NCBI GenBank assembly: GCA_025201805.1
Contig: MU619257.1
Span: 136,615-200,614, forward strand
From: Parasitella parasitica NRRL 2501
Taxonomy: Eukaryota > Fungi > Mucoromycota
Reading direction: 5' to 3'
Length of the DNA stretch: 64,000 nt
Positions 1 to 14,394 of the stretch are shown here, in pieces. The notes beneath the pieces are model-generated. The model did no database searches. It was not told the DNA's origin and saw nothing but the letters and a program-made list of their open reading frames with translations. Both the position numbers and the translations under genes were made by a program. How positions within the stretch are numbered: the first letter of the stretch is position 1; the number at the start of each line of letters is the position of its first letter.

Positions 1-100
1 GAGCGACGATGATTTCTTGCTGCCTGGTGCCCGAGAAATTGCCAAAGATGGCTTGATTAATCGCTGATGTTGGGTTGATGGTGATATTATACAGAAACAT
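1..100 (-). CDS. RSE1: Splicing factor 3B subunit 3 / Rse1, 5' end (runs off the window)
   Basis: Minus-strand translation from ATG at 100 is MFLYNITINPTSAINQAIFGNFSGTRQQEIIVA, matching the characteristic SF3B3/Rse1 N-terminus (MFLYNLT...GNFSG..QQEI). Confidence 0.88.
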   Translation of the reverse strand, partial: MFLYNITINPTSAINQAIFGNFSGTRQQEIIVA

Positions 101-1083
101 GGGTCGCGTATTCTAAATGTTAATATCGTGTGCTTGTGTGTCTGTTTTGTGCTGCAGTGAAATTGAGGATAAGAAACGCAATGTGTTCTTGTTTGTTCCT
201 CTACAAGAAGGGCTAGCTTATGTTGAGAAAAACAAAACAATAAAAAAGAACTAAAGGCAAATTTTGGTCGACTTTTTTCTCTTTTTAACCCTACCCACCG
301 GCCTTCAAATGTGGCTTGATTTGTTTTATCCACGCCATCTAGCAAAAGGCCTCTAAGAAAGACTCTTTTAAGAGCGTCCTTGCAACACACACACTAGTCT
401 GCATTAAGTTACAAATACGTTGGTCGAGCCACATCAACCACTACCGCGTAAAGCTACGACGCAAGGCCAGTAGTCGATTATATGCTACAGTGGAATAGCT
501 GCATTTTTTTTTNNNNNNNNNNGTCAGGTGAGAAGGGAAGAGAACAGAAACATATTTCTCTACCAAGATATCTTCAGCTGACATTTGGATTGTCGAAGAA
601 GAAGGCTTGACGATAATGCTTAGCTTCTTCACATCGGAAAAGAGGTCAGTAGCGGTAAGATTGTCTTCAAGGCCCATAAAGTAAGAAAATGCCATGTCAG
701 TAAGATGATTTTTTTTTATAAGGCTACCGTAAATAGTATTATAAGAAGAGATAGATGACATGTTTATAGATATTTGCAAAGATAAATTGAAAAATAACCG
801 TAAGATATGAAATTTGAAGATCTTTATACGAAATGATGCCACATGCATAAAGGTATTTCTTGTATGAAATACGCCATTTTCATATTGAGGCATACTTTGA
901 GCTGCATTTTTTTTTTTTTTTTTGCAAATCTCTTTAAACGTCTAAATTCACCTGTAACAACGATGCAATACAGGAGCTGTCCGCTAGCATTTGGTACTAT
1001 CAACACTTGATTAAATATATAAACAAAACAACAAATTGTTTATTGGCCTGCTGTGCAGCAACCGACTCTCGAATGAAGCGAAC

Positions 1084-1860
1084 TTATTTACTGAACTTGG
1101 ATAGGAGACCAGAAGCAATCTTTTCAAAGCTAGACTGCTGGCCATGATTTTGTTGTTGCTGTTGTTGCTGTTGTTGCTGTTGTTGCTGTTGTTGTTGGTT
1201 GTTGTTGTTGTAACTGTTATTAGATCCATTCATGGAGTTTTGCTGGTTATTGTTATTGCCAGACGATGAACCTCCCATAAACATTCCCAACAAGCTACTA
1301 ATGGCAGCGCTACTGCCGCCACTAGATGAGTTACCACCACTACCACTGTTGCCGCCACCAGATTGCTTGGACATGTAGAGTTTCATGGCCATCATAGCAG
1401 CTTGCTGAATAGCAGCACTTTGATTGTTGTTGCGAGAATCGCTATTAGCACCGCTGCCATTGCTCATAAGCTTGGAGACTTGAGCCATAGCCATCTGGAT
1501 CATGTCAGCCATGCCGCCGCCAGACTCCTGGCTACGCTTTAAAGCTTCAACAGCAGCAGCGTTTCCAATGTCATGAGAGGATGCTTGATCTGGGCTTTGA
1601 GAGACCCGTTCGTAAGAATCTTGGGCAGCTCTAATTTCGTGATCCTGAGCAGGCTGATGACCCGAGACATTGGCCATCAAGCTGTTGACATAGTCGCCAC
1701 CATTATGCTGCTGATTTTCTATCAAGAAAAATGATGCGCCACACATTACGCGCAATGATAATCAGTAAGCATTTTTATTGGTGCTATGCAGCACGTACTT
1801 ACCATAGCTGCTAGCATTGCCACCCTGATAACTCGAAGCTTCGCCTTGTGGATAACTCAT
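1084..1860 (-). CDS. Fungal beta-flanking-protein-like (DUF7721-type) Gly/Ser/Gln-rich protein, 2 exons
   Basis: Exon 1 1860-1803 (MSYPQGEASSY...), GT-AG intron 1802-1719, exon 2 to stop at 1084. Motifs IGNAAAVEALK, MIQMAMAQVSKL, QSAAIQQAAMMAMKLYM and C-terminal LLSKF resemble beta-flanking proteins. Confidence 0.65.
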
Positions 1861-2544
1861 GATTGATACGGTTGGAAAGGAAAAAAAAAAAAAGAAACAC
1901 GGGAATATTGCATCGCCTAAAATTGAGACATTTTTAAAAGAGTCATGTTCTAGCGCCCAAACACATTTTATTACAATTGTTCCAGGCCAAGATGGAAACG
2001 GTTGAATTGGTGTGCACACGAGCAACCTCTCTGTGTGTGCTGATAAGCTCTATTGGTTTCTTTTTCGTCAATAAAATATACACGGCCTCTTTCTAGAGAT
2101 GTCTGAGACACATGTAAATATGATATGATTAATGAAATTTGGGAGCCCCGTCAATGTCGATCAAAACAGACCATTTTGATCACGGTCTCTGGCTTATTCA
2201 TTGTCCAGCATACATCGCAACCATGTGAATAGACAATCAGCAAGCTTTTTAGTATTTTTTTTTATTCTATTTTTTCATGGAATTATAATGAACAAAAGCT
2301 GCATCCCAGTTCAGTCTTGGCGCTTTCTCTTTTTAGAGTTTGCTGGCGTACAGGCCAAAAGACGTGCTTTCTTTTCCCGACTGGTAATGAAGCTTAGCCC
2401 ACTAAAAGGTTAAAGCAACCACATATTGATAGAGTCTATAAATAAGCTCGCCTCAGTTCTTATTCTCTCGCCTTTCTTCTCTATATCATTCTCTTTCTTT
2501 TCTTTTTTTTTATCTCTTTCTTTTTTCGCTTTTTATACTCAAAT

Positions 2545-3939
2545 ATGGCTGTTGGTACATTAACTGTAACTCCTCGTAAGTTTGCGCCATTGCCATTTTC
2601 CCCAGTTTTTAATGAACGTCGTTAATATATTTAGAAACTCTTCATGACTTTCCCTCTGCCGGTAGTCAAGGTATAAAGGAAGCAGGTTGTTGTAGTGTAT
2701 GTTGTACCAACTATTACCTCTGTAGATTTCAAGCTCTTTGTAGGCTGTTTCATCAGAGAATCTGAAAAACAAAGAACTCATGCCATCAGTCACCCAAACA
2801 CCACTTGGAGCGACTCTTTAAATGTGTAAGTTCGAGAAAGGTAAAATGGGCGGATTTCATTTGTAACCAAGTTTGAATTCTCTTGTAGCACCGTTCCTGA
2901 AGGCGAAAATCACTTGAACATCGAACTGATTAACGAAAGCCCCACTAACAGTGGTATTGTTGCTACTGCCAAGGTTGCTTTGAATCAAGTGTATAATCTC
3001 GGCAAGGAATCCATCCGGGTTCCATTAAGTTCCAGTAACGGTGGCTCTTTTGGTAATCTCGAATTGAACCTTGTGTTCAATGTAAGTATATCGCTCTATG
3101 TTCAAATTTGAAAACAGAGAATTAAATTCACACTAGGGGTCTAATTCTGTGAGCTCTGTATCATCTTCTTTTGGTACTATGAGCTTGGCTGGTGGCGAGC
3201 AAGTTTCTTACCAGCAAACTACCGCTCAGTCTCACTCTACTTCACACAGTCAGTCAGATAGCCGTCAAACCTCATTCTCTTCCTTGGGCCCTGCCAACCC
3301 CATCCCTGCCAACTATGGATCTTGTCCTCCTCCTCCTTTCACTCCTCCTGCTCCTATCTCATACTCATACGATGGAGAGGAAAGAGGTATGAACATGCCC
3401 GGCGCTACCACTGCTAAAGTTGAAGGCGGTAAGTCTGGGAAAGAGTCCGACGATGCCCATACCAGAGGAGGATTGGTAAGTAAAATTAACAATAATATTA
3501 ATGACTCTACGGACTATGATGGTTTATTGATTATTGTGTCACATCTGTTAATTGGCAGTTGAAAGGCGCTGCCGTTACAGCTGGTGCTTTAACCGCTGCA
3601 GGTCTTGCTGCTTGGGGTGCTCATGAACTCAAGGAACACTTTGAAAAGAAGGAGCAGGAAGACGCTAAAAAACACAAGCCTGTTGTTGTTCCAGCTGGAT
3701 ACCAACAACAGCAACAACAACAACAACAACAACAACAACATTATACCACCAAAAGCGACCATCAGAAGGTAAACAAGGTTAAGAAAGAAAAGAAAGAAAA
3801 GAAAGAAAAGACAAAGTCCAAGAAGCACGGTGGAAAGGGATCTGATTCTTCCTCTTCCTCTTCTTCTGACTCTGATTCATCTGATGATGAGAGCAAGGGC
3901 AACAAGCATAAGAAAAGAAGCGATAACGAATGGCGCTAA
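2545..3939 (+). CDS. C2-domain protein with low-complexity Pro/Lys/Ser tail, multi-exon
   Basis: Spliced reading MAVGTLTVTP...EKQRTHAISHPNTTWSDSL...LNIELINE...VATAKVALNQVY...FGNLELNLVF fits a C2 beta-sandwich; several short GT-AG introns; stop at 3939. Confidence 0.7.
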
Positions 3940-4686
3940 GTACCATTAAACAGATAACACTATTTCAAATAAAATATCCTGCGTAAATCGCATACAAATA
4001 TCTCATAATACCAAAAAGCTATTTGGGTTATAGTAACTGCTACATTCTGCAAATGTTAATAGGTCATTTTCTTTTATAATGTAAATCACTAATACTTTAA
4101 AAAAAATTTAAAGCACAATAAGCTATCAGCAATTACTAATGTAATGTTCAAGCAACGATCCGTGGGTGGGGGTATGCTTCTCACAGAGTTGCTAATAAGT
4201 AATAATGTCATTATACGCAATCGCTACTACAGAATATGCAGTACAAAGTATGAATCAAAAAATTAGTACCCTCATGTTGTTTATTTCAGCCAAAAAAAAA
4301 AAAGTAGATACTTTTGAACACATGCGCCGCCTGGTGGAAATAGATTATGTATCAGATAGCCCTGAACGTGACAGTGCCAGGCAAGTATAAAACATGGCCG
4401 AGTGTCTTGTTTGTCCAAAGATGTAGGCGTTTGCATGCATTTTGTATGAAAGTTATAGTGTTTTTGGTAACATACAGTGAGAATATGACATTTAGCAGGT
4501 GAGACAGACTCCAGGATATGATGTGCATGTCTGGCCCTGGATAGTTGCTGCTACAGGCTTTTAAACCCAAAGTTGTTAATTTTTAATACCGTAGCTCTTT
4601 ACACGCGTTCAAAGAACTTGAGCATTTTGACGCTTTCTTCCTCGTATTCATTTTTTTTTTTTTCCTTTTTCTTTTTCTTTGTCATC

Positions 4687-5721
4687 ATGGCCACAGCCAC
4701 CTCTTTACCCAGCAAATTACCCCCATGGCCTCGACTGTCATACGCTTTAGCCATGCATTTAGTGAAAAATGATATCCCCAGGACATTTCTGACATCTGCC
4801 GAAGAAGAGCACCTGAACACAGCACTTGTGTCTTTTCAACAATGGCAGAGCTTTATTGAACCCAAAATTGATGCAACCAAGCCAGATCACCAATTCACAA
4901 GCAGTCAATTAACAGCCTTTCGAGTGCGCACATTGCTTTCAGAACAATTTATACCACATTTCTTTCATAAAGATGCTCGACACCGACCATGTTGTCAAAA
5001 TTCAAAGCTTAATATTGATAAATTATGCTTGGAAGCGAAAGAAGTGAACGATAATCATGAAACCACCATTGCCAGGTTGGATATACCCGAAAACCAAGTA
5101 TCAAAAACAGATACAATGCCATTGATAACTTTTAAAGCCGAAGGACAACACGATGAGCAGCAAAAGCGCACCACTCAAAATAGTGATCACATACCTCTAC
5201 TGGATATATTTCACACAGTCGAATTTGATAAAGCCGCTATGGTTGAACAGCGCAAGCTAGAAGAGTCTCAGGCACAAGAAGAGAGGCTCAATGAAGAGAA
5301 AAATAAAAATAGCAATAGCAATAGCGTCGTAGCCGTAAGTATGGATTGTTTTTATAAACTGAAACATGTCGTCAACAATAGTTCTTGCTCTAGTCGCTCC
5401 TTTTCGAAGATTCTGACCAATCCAACCTGAAATATCTACTCAAAGGCATTGCAGAGAACCGACATAAAACAACACTGACAGATCGAGAGCTTCGCAATCT
5501 GTTACTTGAAGTAAAGCCTCATAGATCTAAATGGGCAAATGATGACAAAGCTGGACAAGAAGATCTCTATGAAGCATGCGAAAAGATGTTGACTGACCTG
5601 AAAAACTACACTGAGCATTCAACGCCATTTATAACCAAAGTGAGCAAGAGAGACGCACCAGATTATTTCGAAGGTAAGATTTCATGGGCATTATTAAACA
5701 GTTTATTTGAAATGCTTTTTT

Positions 5722-5764
<43 letters not shown>

Positions 5765-8198
5765 TCTTCTGCAGTTATAAAGGAACCCATGGATCTTGGG
5801 ACAGTATCAAAAAAACTCAAAGCATTCCAATACAAGAACAAGAAGGAATTCGCTCGGGATCTACACTTGATTTTCCAGAATTGTTTGGATTACAACACAG
5901 ACCCGCACAGCGAATATCGTAAACATGCGATTGCAATGCGCAGAAAGACAGATCGGCTATTGCCTCGAGTGCCGGATATCAGTATAAAGGAGCGCTTTGG
6001 AGATGATGTAGATGATTATATGGATATGAGCGACGAGGAACTAACAGAGTGTGCCAACCCACCTATAAAGTTAACCCTCAACAGAGAACGTAGTGCGAGT
6101 CGAGCATCAAGAGAGAGATCCATGACCGTGGATTCGGTAGCTGATGAAGGGTTGCATGCAAACTATGCCGGAAAGTACCCCAAAAAGGGAGCAGCTCATC
6201 CTCAAACTGCCATTGACACAGCGCACGAAGAGCAGAGCACAGACAGCGAAATAGAAGCAGATAAAGGTGAATTGCAAAATACCATGTGGAGGGCAGTAAC
6301 CAAAAAAACGAGGGCCAAAGTGATGGTAAGCGATGAACCTTTGACCTCGGAGCAATCACTAAACGCTTTTCTTTAACAGATGGACATTGAAAAACAGTAT
6401 CAGTTTGATTTCGGTAATCGACATGCTATTACAAAATCACCCCTTGATATGGAAAGACTTGATCTAATGGAACATTTGCATCATCAACCCGAAAGCACAA
6501 ATAAACTAATACGATGTAGTCGCATAGAGTTTTCAAGATGGCTGGAGCGACACGAAGGCATGAGAGTCTACAATGATTTCGACCTAAACTCTGAAGACGA
6601 GGATGGATACGACAGCGGCTTTTTTTTCTCTCGTGAAAGTAATCGACCAAGACCTACGGACAAAGACGATGCTATGCGAAATGACTTGTTCTTGCCAGAG
6701 TATTCTACGACACCTGGATTACCTGAAATTGAGGGTGTTCCTGGAGTGATTGAAGGTGTAGATGAATACTATAGCGATCAAGAAGCTGACGAGGAGGAAA
6801 AGAAGCAAAGCTCACCTACATTGGACATGTACGTGGCAACAAGACGCCCAGAAAAAGGCTTGGGTACACTTATGGACAATAATATCAAAGCCTTACAAAA
6901 CATCCGTTCTATTTACAAAATGTGCAATTCAATTCATAATAACAATCCCATCGGTGAATCCAGTGATGCTTACTCGTCGCTTGCAAATGATGATGACAGC
7001 GAGGCAGATGAAACCAAACCTACATCAGCACCCTTGAACGAAATTGCAGCATCGATACCATCATCATCATCATCATCATCAAGTGATTTTTCCTCTATAG
7101 AAATTAATCAAGAAACAAACCAACAATTGATGCAGCGGACAATTATACAATTGCTTACTCATGCTGGCTTTGAGGGAGCGCAAGGTGGACCATTGAATGT
7201 AATGACTGAGCTCATGTCAGAGTACTTTTCAAATATTGGCAAAACGTTAAAGAGCTATTGCGACACACATGGCCATGATATGACGGGGGAAGAGATTTTA
7301 CTACACTCTCTTCATGAAAATGGCGTAGATCAGTTGGACGATTTGGTGGGCTATGTTACTGATGATGTGGAAAAGTATGGCCACCGTTTGAGAGATGTGA
7401 ACAGGAGACTCGAAAGCACCTATCAAGACTTGGTAGCTGGATCGACGAAAGAAACCCTGCACAACGAATCAGATTTATTCGAAGACGACGATGCATTTAC
7501 AACGTAGTATGGAGCATAAAACGTATGAGATTGTTTGCCAACTATTTTCTACTAGAGGTTTGTTTGGTGATGAATTGGGCCCAGATTTCTTTGGGTTCAA
7601 GAAAATTGGCCTGGACCAAGAATATAATGCTACTTTGTTACAAATCCCACCCAAGCTCTGGTTTGGAAACGACGAACCAAAGCTCAAGAAACTTGTACAA
7701 AGCAAGACTCAAGGTATGTTGTGTGCAAGTATTCCAGTAGGCGGATGTATTAATGTTTGTATCACTGTAGAAGAACCACCGCTAAAGTATCCTTTTCCGC
7801 CTGCATTTACTCCTGCCAAAGATGAAGATTCATTTATAGGCTTGTTGAAACCATGGTACAAGAGGCGTATCCATGACAATCCAAGTGCCGTTGAAGACGA
7901 ATTCAAGTCCGCCAGACGAAGCAATCGACCCAAAAACCCCCCCATCCATCTGCGGTCTGCCAACTCTATTCATATCAGTCAGAGTAAGCGCAAAGCGCTC
8001 AAAGACGGATCCAACACAATACATTCTCTTGCCCTAATGGAGGAAAAAAAGAAGCGAAAAATATTGCTGGAAGAATCCAAAGCTGAGAAGAAGAAGCAGA
8101 AATTGGATTTGAAGGCACAGAAATTAGCAGAAAGGGAGCAGAAAAAGAAGATACGTGAAGAGAACAGATTGGCTAAACAGCAAAAAGAGAAAAAGTAA
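4687..8198 (+). CDS. SPT7: SAGA subunit Spt7 (bromodomain and histone fold), multi-exon
   Basis: SKWANDDKAGQEDLYEACEKMLTDLKNYTEHSTPF...APDYF..PMDLGTVSKKLK..Y..K.EF..DL.LI..NCL.YN bromodomain; LLTHAGFE histone fold; GLFGDELGPDFFGFKKIGLD motif. Confidence 0.92.
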
Positions 8199-8426
8199 CT
8201 TGTGTGTATATAAAAAAAAAAAAAAAAAAGAATTTATTTATAGTAGAATATATAGTTGGTTTCGCTATTTGTTGTTGTATATATAAAATATTTATAAGTG
8301 ATCAAAAAAAAAGAAGAAGAAAAGAGAAGCGGCAAGAATTATTATATCTAGAAAGAATATGTAGGCTTGTAAAATTAGTAGTTTAAATAGTGAGAAAGAG
8401 ATGATACAGAAAAATTATATATATAA

Positions 8427-10683
8427 TTATGTACGTTGTTGGGGAAAAGAAGAGATGTCATTAATGTTGTTGTTACTAGGTGTAAAGGTAGGAATGCCCG
8501 AGGTGGTCAAGGGTGCTGATGGTTTGGTTATACCCAGATTCTCAATTACTAATGGCGATGCGTTTCCTGCTCCTGCTGCCATGGGCATAACAGGCGAGTT
8601 GTTCGAGGCAAACATCATTTGCTTTTCGACTTCTAAACATGCTAGAACAGCAGTTAATAAAAAAGAAAAAAAAACGAATCATACTTTACATCTACATATA
8701 CTTACTGCTAATAAGGTGTTTACCATAAGTGTACTTTTTCAAACCTTGAAGATGAGGTTTGATCTTGGCTACCAATAAATCCCGTTGGTTGCCATCGACT
8801 ACATCAAGCATCTTTTGTACAACGTAGTTGGCATATTGATCCTTCATCATGGACATCAGTGGATAAGATCTACATGGCAGAACATCAGAAGGTGCAGTTG
8901 ATATACTCAGGATACCACACACTTACCCATCAGGTCGAGTTAACAATACTTCTTCAATCAAAGCTTGGCGGTCTTCTTGACATCCGTAGGCAACGCATTT
9001 TTCAACCACATTGCTAGCAAACTTGTGCTTGCTTAACTGAAGCGTATGTCCTCTAACTTTGCTGATAATCAAAGCCTTATCCTTGGGCTTACCGTGTTCT
9101 AAAATGTGCTGGATTACATAGTTTCCGTACTGATCTTGAACCAACTGACTGGTACTCCTATGGAGTTCCTCCAACAAGTAGATCTAGCAAAATCGAACAA
9201 TTAGCATTACATTATTTTTTGGAGGAAAACCCCCCCCCCCCTCTTTCTCTCTCTCTCTCTCTCTCTGTGTTGAACTCTTACTGTTTGCTCCTCAGGACAA
9301 TGCTCAAACATCCTTTGGATTACACGGCAGCCGTAGGGGTGTGTAGCCAAATGGTAGACTTGGCCATAGAACGTATCAATAATGAATTGGATGTGTTGTG
9401 CTGGCACACGTTCAATGGCTTTTTGCACTACATGATTTCCGTTTTGATCTTTGACACACTTGAGAACACAACCATCCAACTCCTGGATCAAAACAGCCTG
9501 TTGATCTGTCAGCACGTACTCGAGTGCTTTCTGAACAACACGACAGCCGTACATCTGCAGCGACAATGACAGGATATGCCCCTCCATTTGCTTGGCCAGT
9601 ACGGTTTTCTGCGCCTGGTTACCGTGTTCAAACAGCTTCTGGATGACATAGTTTCCAAACACATCCGTCATCAACTGCAGACAATTGGGCAAGATTTCAT
9701 CAAACACAAATTGCTTATCATCGCTTGTAGCAGTTTCAAGCTTTTGCTGAATAAACCGACTACCGTGCTGATCGCCACTGAACTCAACAACATGGTTAAC
9801 GATATCTTTGAGTCCAAACTTCTTGTTCTTGTTGTTACGGAATTCTTCTAATAGTGGGCTTCGGATGATGGGAACCATGGGTTCAACAGCAGACACAGGT
9901 GAAGCCACATTGGGCTCATGCATTGGATTGGGTGTCATGGATCCGTTGTTGTTGCGGCTACGGGGAGCAGGACTAGCAGGGGTGCTCGGTAGGGCAGCAC
10001 CAGACGCCGAATAATATGGAGAGGAACTGGCCATGTTACTGGTATTGATATGAGGCAAAGACTGCTGTGCTTGGGACGCATGATGCTGTTGCTGCAATTG
10101 CTGTTGTCGCATCATTTGCTCTCTCAACAATAGTATTTGTTCCTGCTGCATCAATATTTGGCGCTGGCGAGATTGCAGTTGAAGTAGTAAGCGGTCGTTT
10201 GTCAATGAGGATTCCTGCTGGCTTATCATCATGGTAGCGGTGGTGGGAGTGGTTGGTTGACTGAAATCAGCATTAGACATCAAGGACGGACTGGCTCTTC
10301 CAGAAGTGTCGATCCATTGCTGAGGAGGAGCGTGTAAAGGCGACCGCATCATATCCTCATTGAGTTTACCGCCACCTCTGTATTCCAATACATCAGGCGT
10401 ACCGGTTCGATCATGCTGCTGCGGATCGTTGCTATCCCACATTGCGCTGTACCCTTGAGGAGTTTGTACTCTACTCCTATCGGCTTCAAACGAGCTGGTA
10501 ACTACGAAATGTTTTAGTATTCACTGTCTAGATTGAATGGAAATACGGATATATACCAGGAGACATGGTGCCACTCCATGCCAACGAGCTATCGCTCAAA
10601 ACAGCGTCCAAGCTTTGCGGAGCTGGCGGCGGAGCCATTCCATTGCCGCCTTGTTGGCTCATCCATTGGTAGTAGCGCTGTTG

Positions 10684-10714
<31 letters not shown>

Positions 10715-11815
10715 AGATGTCTTTTTGACAGAGCGTCTTCGTGCTAAGTATCCAGTAGCCCCATCCANNNNNNNNNNNNNNNNNNNNNNNNNNNNNNAAA
10801 AAAAAAACAAAAAAAAAATAGATTTAAGGAGTTGGGTGTGGATGATTAAGGAGGGCAGACAGATGAGCATCTAGACTCTATTTTTTCTTCTTCTTTGGTA
10901 TGGGGAACTCTTACCTTTTCATTCAGACTTGTTTGGTTCATACTCGTCAAGAGTTGGCTGTATTCGTAGTCCTCGATTTGTCTTTGGTGAGAGTTTTTGA
11001 AATGGTGGTGTGCAGCAGGTGGGGTAGAGTTTGCACGAGGCGGAGGCGATGCTACGTACTTGCTGCGAACAGGAGGCGACATGGGCCGTGACAAAGGGAA
11101 ACGTGCATAAGGCTGTTGTTGCTGTTGCTGTTGCTGTTGGAAATCTGCACCACCATCGTCAACAAAAGCAGGAGTTGACGAATTCTCCACTCCAGAAAAC
11201 ACTGAAAAATAGCCTCGATGATGGCTCTCGTCGATAATGCGACTACTGCCACTTGCGTTGTTGTTCAAGCCTCGTTTTGGTTGATGCGGTGCTTGAGAGA
11301 AAGGCGAGGCTGAACGCTGATAGTTCTACGTTAAGAATATTAGAGTCCTGTTTGATTTTTTAATAATGGCCCTCTTACATCAGGATGAAACTGTTGCTGT
11401 TGATCGGATGACGTCCAAGCGCTGTTCATTTGATACGTGGATGGAGAGATAAGCGTATCGTTCTGTTGCTGCTGTTGTTGGTCCACGTTAAAGTAGCTGC
11501 TTTCATCCAGCTGGTTGCTACCATTCCCTTGAAAACCTAAAACAAAATTCAACAAGTTATGATTGGGCATTACGCTATTGGGCAACCGGTACTCACTGTA
11601 GTACTGATCAACACTAGGACGACTTTTGTTGTTCTTGTTGTTTGACCATACTTGACGAGAAGAAGAAGGGTCAAATAGAGGAGAAGCCAGTGGCTGATTG
11701 CTGGTCTTCCATGCATTGTTTCTTAGAAAATTGACATGTTCTTCTGTATTCGCATTCTGCGTAGGGAACTGAAACTGATGAGGGTCAGGAGGTGCACTGC
11801 TGGGTCTCGGTTCAA

Positions 11816-11862
<47 letters not shown>

Positions 11863-12063
11863 AAATCCAGGTATAATTCATTTTCAGGCTCCATACGGCC
11901 TCTCATTAAAGCAGCAAGCTATCAAAGGGTTAGTCGTTATCATCATCATAAACAGTGATCCTTCCTGTACCTGGCCCTGGGGCTGATTTCGAGCTATTGG
12001 TTGTTGTAAATCGGGTTGTCCTCGAGAAGTAGAGAAATCCATCGCAAACGACTGTTGCATCAT
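8427..12063 (-). CDS. Pumilio/PUF RNA-binding protein (PUM1/2/Puf3 type) with long Q/N-rich N-terminus, multi-exon
   Basis: [11 protein letters not shown] followed by 8 Puf repeats with recognition sets SR..Q, NY..Q, CR..Q, NH..Q, CR..Q, NY..Q, SN..E, NY..Q, ending [11 protein letters not shown]. Confidence 0.93.
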
Positions 12064-12779
12064 AAGTTCTATATGCGTACGCGTGCTTCACACTAATTTT
12101 TTTTTTCAAGATATTGAACTATATACACAATGACAACTCTATGTATGTTGCAACAAAGAAAAGAAAACAAGAAGGAAGAAGAAAAGAAAAGAAAAAGGGA
12201 TGAGGGAAAAAAAGGGAGAGAATTACACACTTATTTATATCATCTCACCAGTATGCTTACAGAAGATGTCAGGATTACCATCCAACCACCTTCTCGTGTC
12301 TGTGTGCCTTAGTTTCCATTTGTTACACCCTTTTTTGGTGTGTATCCACGTTCACCATGGGAACACCGTTTGTTACTATCCTTTACCCTCCTGCCTTGAT
12401 ATTTTTCTCACTGTAAAACGGTTACCGCATTAACTTGGTGCGTCGTATGTATTCAAGTAGTCAATTTAAATTATAACCGTATAATTTATAGTATGGAAAT
12501 TGTGTCGATTCATTTTCATTTGCGAGTTTTTAAAAAAAGGTTGATTTAAGGTTGCTGTAGTGCATTTGGGCCGCCGTATTTGGCGAGGTGTATCAAGATT
12601 ACGTTCAAGGTATTCAGGTATAAGCCAGAGAATCTTCCTGACCCTACGTTATTGTAATAAACAGCATGTCTAGTGCATTTTTTGATTCCATTGACCCTCA
12701 ACCAGGAGGGACGTAAAATAAACCGCACCAAAAAAAAAAGTGTAAAGATATGGAAAAGAAACGCACGAGCAATTTTTAT

Positions 12780-14394
12780 TTATTTAATACCACCGTTCTT
12801 GACTGTAGCAGCCTTGCACTGGATAGCTTCGCCAGATGCAGTTCTAATGAGGAGAGGTTTATCACCGTAAAGAGCAACAAGGTCGTCGTTTGTGTGCAGT
12901 TCAGGCTGAACTGTTTCCCAGTACTTCTTTTTGGGGTTCAAGACCTTCTCGGGCTCTCCTTCTTGACCTTCAATGTAAACTCTGTCTCCAGGTTTGACCT
13001 TTGATGTATCAACAGGGGCTAACAGTTCAACTGCAGAGCCGTCAGCAGCAGAAGCACACAAAACCATACCGTAAGACTTGATGCCACGCATACTGGCAGG
13101 CTTCAGGTTGGTTAAAACAAGAACATAACGGTTCTCCATTTCCTCAACAGGATACCACTTTACGAGACCTGACACAATAGTGCGAGGCTCCTCTTCTCCA
13201 ACATCAATTTCTTCAACATAGAGCGAATCAGCATCTTTGTGCTTCACGACTGTCTTGATCAAACCAACACGGATATCGATACGAGAAACGACAGGTTGAT
13301 CAGTCTCGGCAGGAGCAGCTACATTTTTTATAGGATGAGTAAAAAAAAGAAAACTATCAAATCAACATGGCCACACTTTACCAGCAGGCTTCTTTTCGGC
13401 CTTTTTCTTCTCCTTCTTGGGTTTACCGCCTTCAACAGGACCCTTCTTGTTTTCCTTCTCTTTAGAAGCAGCCTCAGGTCTCTTATCGTCCTTGCCGCTG
13501 GCTGTAACAGCCTTATCATCATTACCCTTCTTATCGCCCTTTTTCTACAAACATGTTTGTTACTATTACTATTTGTATATATATTATATATATATATAAT
13601 AGTGCTAAAATAAACTCACAGCAATAATAGGAGCAGCAGGTTCAGGGACATTATCAAGATTGATGTCAACCAAAGGGAAATCTTCAGTTAAATCGTTAGC
13701 TTTGATAACAGTGTTTTGGATAAGATCGAACCATCGCAAAGTGTTGGGAGCAGAAGTGGCCTTGATGTTTTTCTGTTGAGCGATAATTTAGCCCCATGAG
13801 CCCCAACGCTTATTTGCATACACAAACACTTACACTGTGAGAGAATAAAAGACCAAAAATAACGACATCCACAATAGTTAGGTGGTTATTGATGAAATAT
13901 GTCTTGGTGCTTAAATGCTGATTGATTTTCTTCTATGGCATTTGTAAGTAAAATTGCATGGGCACATATACACTTATCATTCTTACTTCAATGTTGGAGA
14001 CAATTTCCTTCTTGCCAACTCCTCGAAGAGACTGGTTGGCAAAAGACAGCCATTCTTCAACCTACAAATTGTTAGTTTTGGGGTCAACATGTTCCAGTAT
14101 AAAATGAAGGCAAATACCTGAGCTTGTTCAGCTTTGTCAGCTCCTAATAATTCAGCCTTCTTAGACCTGGAAACAAGAGCCTTGATAATAGTGTTAGGAG
14201 CATCAATTTTTTCGTTGTCGACCTATACACACAAATGTTACTTTTAATCCGCAAAGCATGCATCACAATCTTTCAAATCTTACCTCTAAAACAAGTTCGG
14301 CCGAATTTTCAATCTTGGCATCAGATTGAACCAATTTAGAGACCAACAGAACTTCACTAGCGTTTTCCTTGGGAATGCGAAGAACAACAGCCAT
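12780..14394 (-). CDS. ARC1: Arc1/AIMP1-like tRNA-aminoacylation cofactor (GST-like N-terminus and EMAP-II/OB tRNA-binding domain)
   Basis: VSRIDIRVGLI...KHKDADSLYVEEIDVGEEEPRTIVSGL...NLKPASMRGIKSYGMVLCAS...LNPKKKYWE; upstream exons give LRWFDLIQN (GST-C); Lys-rich linker. Confidence 0.88.

Noticed and set aside
441-1006. ORFs 441-893 and 824-1006
   Set aside because: No recognisable motifs; one spans an N-gap and both include homopolymer runs.
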